Below, in pieces: positions 11,501-23,500 of a stretch of DNA of 64,000 nt (within the stretch, counting starts at the first letter, position 1; every line of letters begins with the position of its first letter). Source of the DNA: Antechinus flavipes (taxonomy: Eukaryota); the NCBI RefSeq assembly GCF_016432865.1, contig NC_067400.1:480004001-480068000 (forward strand), given 5' to 3'. Below the pieces are notes generated by a model that ran no database searches, was not told the DNA's origin, and saw nothing but the letters and a program-made list of their open reading frames with translations. The translations under genes were made by a program, and so were the position numbers.

Positions 11501-14500
11501 CTCCTGTTAACTTACTCTGCACTGAGTTTTCAGCCCTAGCTTAAAGCATCCAGAAGCTTGGCTGCAGGAGAATCTTAATTGTTCCATACTTTTAATAGTT
11601 TCACTAGCTACTGCATCCCCAAAGAGCATCACTTAGGAGTCAAACTTGGGCTTAATGAGGTCAAGAATTCTGTGCTGTTTGCTTTTGTACCTCTAGGGCC
11701 TAGTGCACACAGAAGGCATGTAATAAAGGTTGAACTGTTAGTGAGATTCTCAATCTATCACTAGGTCTGTATTTAAGGCTCTTCCTGCCTGGTAGAATCT
11801 GCGAGACTTGGCTCTCTGCTGGTAAAGTTTTTGAGAACCCAGATTTACCTCCATATAGTGCTGGAATAGAACTTTAATGAAGAAATAAAAATAATTTCTT
11901 ACACTTATTTATAAAAAAAGTCTTTGAAACTGGTGTATTGGGTTGTTAGAGCTGAAGATTTTAAAGGTGCTCTAACTCATCCATTCTATAGAAGAGGCCA
12001 AGTGCCTGATCTTTTGACTCCAGCCCTGACATACCTCAGAGACTCCTCATTTACAACAACTCCCCAGAAATAGAGGGAGAGGGTCAGGGTGAAGAAACAG
12101 GCTTCCAGAGGTGAAGCACGACTTGCTCAGAGGCAGGTCCTCACCTCCTGTGTGGCTTCCTCACCTGCCCTCTGTCTTGGCAGAACAAGCTGGAAGGGCT
12201 GTTTTTGCTTCAGGACCTTAATTTTTTTTTTTTTAAGAGAAATACCTTTTGATTTGCCATCATAGAGTACAGAGATATAGAGAGAATATGTTCCTTTTGT
12301 GTAGCTTTTCAAACCATTTCTCCTTTAAGGTCCCTCAAGAGCTCCTAGCTGGGAAATTTATCTTTAATTCCCAGTGTTCAAGTCCTGCCTTTTGCTACTT
12401 ATGAGTCCAAGAACGTACCTAATTATGCGCTTCCTTGATAGAAAGATGTGAAATCTATAAACCAGCACTTTATCCATGCCTGGATGTTATTTTATGCTCA
12501 GAACTTGTCTGAAGAATTTAAAAAAAAAAAGAATCTCCTGGAACTATGATGGGTGATGTGGTATAGAGGGCATTAGACTTGTGAAATTCTCTTCTTTTAG
12601 AATCAAAGAAATTTATCCATGTAGGAACGGTCCAATAAGGCCTCCTGACCTCTAAAGTTCAGTTTCAGTATGAGGTACCACATCCTACACCTGACATCCT
12701 GACACCTGGCCTTGGGAGAAGTGACTAGTAAACACTAAAGCTAAGTCCACATCTAGAATCTTCTTCCAACCAAGGGCAGTCAGTTTTTTTAAACGTTTGC
12801 AGGTCCCCACCAGTTAATAACAACTTCCTCTCATAAACCTCCTAGAATTCTTTATTTGTATCTCTCTGGTGTACTTTTCATGTATCAAGATCAGAGTGTT
12901 TCTTATCCCCTTAATAGACTGGAAACTGAATGAAAGCAGGGTCATAATTTAGTTAAACCTGATATGTCTTTTGACACCTAGCAGCACAATGCTCCTCACA
13001 CAGTAAGCATCATAATAGCACTAAGGTTTGCAAAACATTGTACATACATTCTCATTTGGTCAGTTGACATTTGATATTCTCCACACTGAATTGCAAATTT
13101 TAAGATATAGGGATATTTTTGGAATAGAAAACTTTGAAAATACACCTAATAATTTTTTCATCTCACAGAAGATTTTATATTAATTTCATTTAAAGGCAGT
13201 TTTGGTGTAGTGGAAAGAACACTAATTCTTGATAACCCATGATTCTTTATAAAAAAGTCTTTGAAACTGATATATTGGGTTGTTAGAGCTGAAGATTTTA
13301 AAGGTGCTCTAACTGATCCATTCCTTAGAAGAGGCCAAGTGCCTGATCTTTTGACTCCAGTCCTGCCATACCTCAGAGACTCCTCACTTATGATAAGACA
13401 TGGGTTTGAATACTGACTGTAGCATTTATTGGCTGTATGAATTTGTGTTAAGAGACCTCACTGGGCCTCAATTTCCTTCTCTTTAAAATGGAGGGGGAGA
13501 TAAAATTTGTTTATAGTATTTTTGTGAGATTCAAATAAGATACCGCACATAAAAAATGCCATGTAAGTATAATGAATTATTTGTACTGATTTATGGATTT
13601 TAATTATTTTATGTGTAGAATAAAATGATAAAATATGAAGGCCAAATACAATTTCCCAGAGGTTCTTGTTATAATGCACATATATAACATTGGAACTGGA
13701 GGGAGACTCCTGAGGAACAACTTTATCTTTCTCCCATTGGCACAACTTTACACAAATTATCAGATAAACTACTTGTCATTTTGGGAGGCTTGGAAAACAT
13801 GGTTCTGCGATATCATTTGTTCATTCTTGAAAAGGACCATATATCAGGAAGGTGATGTCATGACTTGCAAGAGAATTAGATTTTAGTTAGGAAAGGCTGT
13901 GCTGTGCAAAGTTATCAGCCTCACACTCTCCTCTGGAACCATCTGAGTCCAGTGGCAAGTTATAGATGAGGACTACTAGAGATGGCCCTGAAGCAATGGA
14001 AGACCTTGGCCTTTTTAAACTAAGGTCTTCTAACAGGACTCAGTTTGACTGAGGCAACACACATTCAGTGATTAAGCTGGGTAAGAAAGGAGGCAAAGAA
14101 TGGCCCCTTTTACCAAGTCAAGAAAATAAACCAAAATAAACAAAAAAGCCAAAATCAATCTGGGATTTCTGGTCAAAGAAACAATTGCTATTTAACTCCC
14201 TCTCAGGCATCAGAGCCCAAACAATGAGCAAGTGAGGCTTGGGTGGAACCTATTGTTGGCCATTAGAGACAGAGTGATCTGTAAACATCAAGATAACTTG
14301 TGAGGTTTCAGTAATCAAAGTGTATATTCCTTTGGGTAGAGCAACTGTAGGGAAGGGTATGATTCCTTATATGAACAGAGGGAGAAGAGGGAATTAAGAT
14401 TGGAAGGGAGAGAGAGAGGGAGAGAAGGAGGGAGGGAGGGAGAAAAGAAACCATACTGCCCAACAAAAACTGGCCAGTTGGGTTCCCAATGGGGCAGCTA

Positions 14501-17500
14501 CTATTACTCACAGATTGTTGTTTGTCCTTCAATCTTGAAAGGGACCGTGACATTAGGAAGTTGGATGTCACAACTTGTAAGTGAACCGAATTTAAATGAG
14601 AGAGGGCTGTGCAAGGTCACTATCCTCACTCTGTCCTCCAGGGCCATCTGGGTCCAGTGGACAAATACAGATGTGGACTACTGGATTCTGTGATATAAGG
14701 CAGGTACGAAGCACAGCAGCAAGCCTCAGGGATGGGGGTGGGAAGGAGATTGTCAGACAGAGGTAGTAACTAGTAGAAGGTAAGTGCCTGTCTTACTTCC
14801 AATCTCTGGCAGGGAGCCTTAACTAAAGTACCTATTCCACAACAGCTTGTTGGACTGAACTCAGTACCTACAGAGAAGAGACCCGGGGGGAACCCTAATA
14901 GGGTATGGGTGTAAGAGAACCAGGCAGACTCTGCTTGCTTCTAAGACTGGCAATTAATTGTAGTTTTTATCCTGTCATGAAAGAATATTCAGTCTCTTCA
15001 TATACTATTTATATTCTACTACAATTCCTAGAGAATTTCCTTAAATTGGTAATCTAGTAACTCCGTCAAAGAAAGGAAATGATTAGTCTGGCACGATTGC
15101 AATTTGACAAGCTCCCTGTAAAGCCTGGGCTCATCACTGAGCATATGCAGGCAAATGAAAACCAAACAAAAGTTTATACAAGTTATAATTTGGGTACTAC
15201 ATTTTAGAAAGGACATTGATAAAGGAGAAAAGATACCAAGGAAGGTGACTAAGAACATGAAAGGGTTAAAATCACATCATTAAGATCAGCTGAAATAACT
15301 GGGAGATTTAAGTCTCCTAAGGAAGAGATGAAGCTCAAATTGTTTTCAAGAACAGGTAGAGCTGTTATATGGAAAAGGGACTTGAATTAACAGAAATGGA
15401 TAGAAGCTACAGTGAGGTAGTTTTTAGGATTGATGTCAGGAAAAATTTCCTAACCATCAGAGGATTTCAAAAGATGAAGGAGAGGTACTGCATATTTTAT
15501 CAAACTAAGGGTTTTCATGCAAAGGCTGGTAGATCCACTTATTGTCTGTTTAGATACCATATGGCTGATGAGGTGCCTTCCAATTTTGATATTCTGTAAT
15601 GCTGCATGCAGCATGTGAGGCAATTCACAGATACAAATTCATTTGTACATTTTGGGTAAAAAGGTCCATTCAGGGATTCAGTCATGTGTATATATGTATA
15701 CATATATATGTATTATATATAAAATATATATGTATTATATATCATACTGCCTCTCCTGCCACCCAACACTTTGAAGGGATTCATATTTGACTTTCCTATT
15801 CAACTCTCCCATGCTGGTTTGGCTCTATTTATTCAAAAGCTGCCTGGGCATCCTGTTGCCATCCTATTTTCCCACACTTATAGACCAGTCAGGACCTTGA
15901 GACACCAGACCATTCAGTATGTTGTTGCATATCCTGGAGATAAAAAATCTAATGTCTCACCAGGCATCATAGGGAGCAAAAATGGGTCAAGATCAAATCA
16001 GCCTATTTTTCTTTCCTGTGAACAAGAGAGCACTAAACTAGTTGGAAAGATATAGTCCAACCCACAGAATAGCAGAATGGGAAAGGAGAAAGAAAGTGGA
16101 ACTGAGCAAGAATTCTGAGATGAAAAATGCCCCAGTTCTGACCTACCTTCAATTCCAGAAAGATTGCAGATTTAGTAAATATGTTTGAGCCAGGTATGTC
16201 TATACATGGCACAACGCTGAGGAACTAGAGAAATCTGCTCACACTCCTTCAGAAAGGATTCAACCCAGCCAGTGTTACCTGGCAAAAGATGATGGCCTGA
16301 CCAATGGTGATGCCTCCATAGATGTTGCACAGGGCTTGATATTTGTCTTTCCTATTATCACATAGAACATAATATTGTCTGATGTTGTTCAGAGTCAGCT
16401 CTTCTTTGCGTAGCTTGATCACATTAGGATCAGGAATGATTCGCTCAGCAAACTGCCACACGGAATCCTCAAAAGTTGCTGAGAAAAGTAGCATTTGGCA
16501 TTCGGGCTGTAAAGCTCTGTAAGAGAAGAAGCCAGTTACCTGTGTATTGTCTTTCTCATCTTTTAGAAGCAGCCTGGAGAAGGCCGAGTTCCACCTTCAC
16601 CCTCTTTTCAACAAATATTCTTTCCAAAAATGTCCCATAGAATGTAACAAGCTTGCCAAGAAATACCTTATAGAGAATCAATAGGTCTCATCTGCACTGT
16701 GGGACAGGATCAAATTTCTTTATATAAAGACCCATTAAACTCATTAACAAGTTTTGGTTGAGAAAATGTCAATCCAAGGATTCTAGGAAGATGGGAGAAT
16801 AAGGCAGGAAATTATCTGACTCTCCCAAATTCCCCCATAAATAATTTAAAATAATGCCTCAAAATGAACTTTATGACAGCTAAAATAATTAAAAGTTGGG
16901 ATAATGCAGTTGTCCAGCTTAAGACAATTCTGAGGACATTAGGACAGACTTAGTGCCCCTCTCCCCCCATACCCATTTCAGATATTTTTGATCTGACCCA
17001 TGGATAGGGTGGGGGTTAGATGGCTGATCAGAATAGGACTGCAGGGCTCTTTGCTGGCACTGGACTTGGAACGTACATGTGATGACCAGACCCTATCCTA
17101 GGCTATGGTTAGAGGTGAGAAGTGGGCACACGCTGGAATGTGTGGTTGCAGAGGAACGAAGAATCTGCTGTCTGCCGTCACTTGTAAGAGAGAAGAGTCC
17201 CTGGTTTGGATTCCAGGGCAGAAGGGCTTATAGCCTCTGGAGAGAACTAGGAAGTAAGAACATTTTTTGTGGCAGTATTGCTGGGGGCCCTGGGTGTGAT
17301 TGGGGCAGAAAGGAGTACTTGATTTTAGGCCCTCAGGTAGAACTCAGAGAACAATAGCATAAAAACTGAAGGTTGAGGCATTATTCTCCACATCTGTGAT
17401 GAAAGCTGGACTCTAACATAAAGTTAACAGCCAAAACATAAATCACTAAAAATGAGTAAGCAAAAGGAAAAGCATCCAACCATAGTTGGTTGTTATCTAT

Positions 17501-20500
17501 GGTGATAGAGAAGATTTGGGTTCAAACTCAGAAGACATTAAAGTCAAAAATGCTACTTTAATTTCAAAGAAAAAAATGTAAAATGTCCACAAGTCCCAAA
17601 AGAGTTGTTGTAAGAATTTAAAAAGGACTTTGAAAATCAAAGAGGAGAAATTGAGGAAAAATTAGAGAGAAAAAGATGCAAGAAAATCAAGAAAAATATG
17701 AAAAGTCAACCAATTGGAAAAAGAGATTTAAAAACTTATGTAGAATAACTCCTTAAAACTTAAAACTGGGCAAGCAGAAGCTAAAGACCCTGATATCAAG
17801 AAATATAACAAAAATCAAAAGAAAGAAAATAAGAAATATCTCATTATAAAAACTGAAAAAATAGATCAAAGACAGACAGTGTAAGAATTGCTGGACTACC
17901 TGAAAGTTATGATCCAAAAAAGAGCTTAGACATTATATTTCAAGAAATTATTAAAGGGGCCAGCTAGTTGGTGTAGTGGATAGAGCACCAACCTTTAAGT
18001 CAAGAGGACCTGAGTTTAAATCTAGCCTCAGACACTTAATACTTCCTAGCTGTGTGACTCTGGGCAAGTCACTTAACCCCAATTGCCTCAGCAAAAAAAA
18101 AAATAAAAAATTAAATTAAATTGAAATTTTAGACTAAAGAGTAAAACAGAAATGGAAAATATTCACTGATCAGCATTTGAAAGAGATGGTGATGAAAACT
18201 CACAGAAACACTGTAGCTAAATTTTGAAGGAGAAAATACTATAAGCAACTAAAAAGAAACAATTGAAATACTATGGAACTATAGTCAGGATAACATAAAA
18301 TTTAGTAGCTTCTACATTAAAACACTAAAGGGTATAGAACATGAAGAGCAAAGAAGCTGGGTTTGAAACAAAGAATAATTTACCCAACAAAGCTGAGTGT
18401 AATCTTGCATGGGGAAAATTACTGTTTTAATGAATTAGGACTCATATATTTGTAAGGAAAAAAACCAGAACTGAATGGAAAATTTGACCTACAAGAATCA
18501 GAAGAAATATAAAACAATAAATACAAAAGACCAATTATAAAGGAATTATTAAGGCCAAACTATTTACTTCTTCAATGGGAAAACAGTATATGTAACTCTT
18601 AAGAATTTTATCCTTAGTAAGTAGTTTGAAAAAGCTTACAGAGAAGGCTTAGAATTGAATTGAGTATGACAGGATGATTCTTAAAAATAAAACTGAAAAA
18701 TAAAACATGGCTAGAATAAGGAACAGGAAGGCAAGGAGAAAGGATAAGGGAGGAAATCTTAATAAGAGTGCAAATTAGTAAGGCAATGGTCAGAAATAAA
18801 TTGAGACATCTGAGGAGGGATAATGTAAAAAGATAGGAAGAGAAAGATAAAAGTGAGAAAAATAGCAATTATAACTTTCAATGTTATGGAAATGGATAGC
18901 AAAAGGAATTAAAAAACAGAATTCGACAATATGAACATAATCATTTTAAACAATTAAATTCAGACTTAAATAATGACAAGTATTAATTGTTCATAGATTT
19001 TCCCTCCTTCCTTCTTTTTTAGAAAAGATGAACAAAGTGGGGGGAGGGATGTTGGGGGAAGATCATAAGAATTAGGAATGTAAATGAAGTAAAAATTATA
19101 GTAAAATTATTCCTTTTTATTTCTCTGACTCTAAGCTCTTAATTCAGAATCACAGAATCTTAAGAGATGGAAATAACCTTTAGAAATGTAGTCCAATATT
19201 CAACACACTTGCTTTGGAAGCAAGATAAATTTTTTAGCTTTCAAAGAAAGGAAGATAAAAAGAAAAAAGGTGTTAATGTGACGATAAGAGTGAAGAAAAA
19301 AATTTGAATGATTGAAGGTCCTAAGAGGTATCTAGAAAAAAACTTGTGAAAAGGCTCAGGGAAGTTCAGAACAACTGTATATATCCTGGGTACTGTCTAG
19401 TCCCCTAGAAAAAATTTATTTTATGTTATCCAGATGACAGAATAGTCACATGAATGAATAGGAAGAGCATAATATAATTATACAGTTTCATGTAAGACTG
19501 TACAGAAACATTCAGGTACATGACAAAATTGGGTAGGGACTGACCATGATGCTGGCTGGCACCTGAAACTTTTCAAGCGCCAATCTAGTCTAATCCCCTC
19601 ATTTATCAAATAAAACGGATTCTAGAGATGAAGCCATAAGTGGCAAAATTAGCTAGAACTTTAGCCCTGACTAGTACCTAGGTCTCCCGATGTCCTCTTC
19701 AATGCTCTTTTCAGGATCACATTTTCTCATCATTATAACTTTTTCAATATGGAACTCTAAGTTTATGAATATAGGAAACTCTTGGGGTATAAACTCCACC
19801 AATGCAGACTTGAGACTCACATATAATAATGTGGTAGTCCTAGAACTTTGCCCAGACCATTGAGAGGCTGAGTAAATTGCAAAGGGGGGGGGGGGGGGGG
19901 GGGGGGGGCGGGGAAGAGGGGGAAGCCGGCTGAGTGTGTTTTAAATGTTTGTCAGACACAGCGGGGCCCCAGGCCCTCCCTGCCTCAAAGACAAGCTTTA
20001 ACTGATGTGGGCCCTCACAGTATCCCTGCTGCAGACCGGCATCAGAGCACTCTCTCCATATATTTGCCGGAGGAAATGGAGGAAACATGCACAAACTCAG
20101 GACAAAGCCCAAATCCCCAATCCCCACAGCCACAGCCCAAGCCTGTTCTGCCCCCTAGTGTCAGCAAAGCAAAACTGGAATGGCCTCGCGGGACCTTTTT
20201 CTGGATGAGTGAAAATAGAATGAGACATCTCAAGAGTCACAGGACTCGACAAAGCCCCTGCATAAAGTGAAAATAATGAGAAGGTAATGGGAACGCCAAA
20301 AGGGAGGGCTGGAGAAAGATGAAGTCCGCAGCACATCCATCGAGTTCTGGGACAGAAGATACAGGGGGAGACGCACGGCTGCGGGATTACCTCTGAATTC
20401 GAATGCTTTGGTCTGAGAATCCCTGGGTATCGATCATCACGTCTGCCTCATCCAGGACAAATACACGAATCTTATCCAAGTCTATTACTTTTCGTTTAAA

Positions 20501-23500
20501 ACACCAATCTAGGACAGTCCCTGGGGTGCCAATTATAATTTGTTTGGTTATATCAGTGCCTCTCGGAGCTAGAGGGGAAAAAAAGATGACATTTTTTTCC
20601 TTAGATGCAGAGTCTCACCTTTCTTAATATCCAACTCTCAGAGCACACAGTTCTGAACTGAAACTTAATTAAATGAGTTCCAAAATCTAAAAGGTTAAAA
20701 AAAAAAGTTTCCATTTTTGGTTTTATAAACATTCCAGATAAACTCCTGGAAACTCAGTTGCATTAATATCGATCAAAAGAACAGTGTGTAGTACTAAGCC
20801 TATTTTAAAAGCTAACCAGAAAGAAATCAACTATCTAGGAGCATCTAATTTCCTTAGCTGACACATACCTCGGTTTCCTCGAACAGCATACATCACTTCC
20901 ACATCAATACAAAATTTTCCCATCTGCTCAACCACACGTCCAGTTTGCAGAGCCAATTCATAAGTTGGAGCTAAGCAAAGACACTTTAAAGTGAAATGAA
21001 AAAAAAATATGAGCAAATTTTTTGACAATTAGAGCTGCAGCGTGTCTGGGGACTGAGGCAAGAAAGAAGAATAGAAATGCCTAGCTGTAGAATTTGAGTT
21101 TAAAATGTCAACCTTGATTGAAGGCATTTTGGCTGGCTTATTGGGAGAAGATTTATAAGATAGGGAACAAGCTGTTTTTCATATATTCCTTTAGAAAAAG
21201 TCACAAAAAAGAATATCCAATGCAATATAACCACTAAGTACTACTATATTTGTAGATGGGAATGAGAAATGCAAAAAGGAAATACTAAGAAGTCACAATA
21301 AAACTCTAAGTCCTTATTACTTTAACTATGGATTATTACAATCTTCTAACTGGTCTTCCTGCTTCTAATCTTCCTCCCTTCCCCTCCCCCAAATCTATTA
21401 TTCCCAACATTCTACTTCCAATTTAATTTTCCTATTTCATAGCTCTGTAAATCATTCTACTGGCCTAAGGCATATGGTTCCCATATGCCAGAATAAAGTC
21501 CCATGCTTCTTAGATTAGCATTCAAGGTTCTTCCAAATGTGGATTCAATGTTATGTTCTATGACTCCTCCATTCCAACTAATATGATCTTCTCATTGTTC
21601 TCATACATAGCATATAGACATCCATCCATTATTACTATGATAGTTTTCTTACCTGGAGTGGCTTCCTCCTTTTCTATGTATTTAAATCCTACTCTTACAT
21701 CAAGATCAAATTCAAGTTGCACTGTTCCACTAAAAATCACTAAGATTCTGAGACCCTTTCTCAACCTTCCTAGTCTTGTAGCCCCTTGTTTCTGTTTCAT
21801 TTAGAACTTAGCTTTTTCTACTCTTTATTATTGTTGATTTTTGAACATTTATGTCCTACCTTCTCAATTAAGACTGTAAAGCTTGGAGGCTAGAAAAGAA
21901 CACTAGGTTCATTTCCCCAGTACCAACTATAATACTTTGCACAGACTAGGTTTAGGAGGAATAATGATGATGGTGGTGGAGAAAAATGGATGTGTAAATC
22001 CATGGCTATTATAGCCAGGGTTTTATGATCCTAATATCAACTGGTTTAGATTGAAAGAGGAAAAATGTACCATAAAGATGCTGAAAAATATTTTATATTT
22101 ATGTCTTAACTTTAAAGCAATAAAACAATACTAATTTTTCTACTGTGTGCAAGGTATTATAGAGATAAAAACAAAACAGCTCCTGCCCTCAAGAACTTTG
22201 TGTTCTCCTAGAGGGGTACAATGTGAACAAAAATAAGTACAAGATAATTTGAAGTAGGCAAGAGTACTAAACACCGGAGGTGGGAAGGGCTCAGGAAGGA
22301 TTCATAAAGAATAGGGCACCTAAGCTAGGTGTTGGGAAGGAGTGCATCTGAAAAGCTATGTGAATGAGTGAAGATGGGCACTAAGATGCCAAATTTAGGG
22401 AACAGCAATCTTGTCTAATTAAATGATAGAATTAATAAAATAAAGTTTAAAAGTTGGTTTGCAGTTATACTACAGGGGACCCTAAATACTAGGCTAAGGA
22501 GTTTCTAGGGAGCTATAGCTTGATTTTGAACCAGGGAATAACATGCTCAGACCTGTGCCTGAGAAAGATCATTTTGACAGTTGTGTGTATGAACTGGAGA
22601 GGTCAGAGAGAGGAAGCAGGCAAACTAGTTAAGGGGACTATTACAGTAACCAGGTGATATGGATATTAGAGAAAATGATGAAGACAAGAAATGGTGTGGA
22701 GGTAGAACTGCAGGGCCTGGTGACTGAGTGGACATTGGACATAAGGCAGAAGGAAGAATCTAAAATTACTATGAGGCTGTGAACCTTGGCAACTGGAAGA
22801 AAGGATACTCTCAGCAGAAATAGGGAAGCCTAGAAGAGCACGCACATTTAAATGTGTGATAAATTGTAGTGGAAAGGTTGAGCCTGAAATGTTGCTGGGA
22901 CATTCAAGTGGAGATACCCATGAAGCATTTGACAATGGGGATTGGAATGCTATAGAGAGATTAATGTCCTGTTGTTGCTTCAGTAGTATCTGACTCTTCA
23001 AGACCCCATTTGGGGTTTCTTGACAAAGATACTGCAGAAGTTTGCCATTTCCTTCTCTAACTCATTTTACAGGTGAAGAAACTGAGGCACAGTTAAGTGA
23101 TTTGCTTCAAGGTCACATAGCTTGTGTGTGAGGTTGGATTTGAACTCAGGAAGATGAGTCTTCCTGACTCCCAAGGCTAGTGCTTTATGTACTGTACTAC
23201 CTAACTACCCTAGAGATTAATAGTAAATATACAGACTTAAAAGTCCATTTACAAAGAGATCATAAATAGGATTAGATGAGATTATCAAAGGAGAAAATGT
23301 AGAGAGAAAAATAAAGAGCCAAAAAAAGAACCATGAGGAAAAATTATATTCATGGAGATAAGTAGATAATGATGAACTACTAAAGAATGGTTATCCAAGT
23401 AGCAGAAGTAGGAAAGAATGTCCTAGAAATCCCCTTGGTAGTTGTGTATTAGATGAAAAGGAGTGGGGAGAGCTTTGAAGGTAGGAGATCAATTATGTAA

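Noticed and set aside
19840-20336. Cluster of overlapping ORFs on both strands near the G run
   Set aside because: They arise from G/C-rich low complexity (polyproline from the G25 tract) with no coherent gene model.
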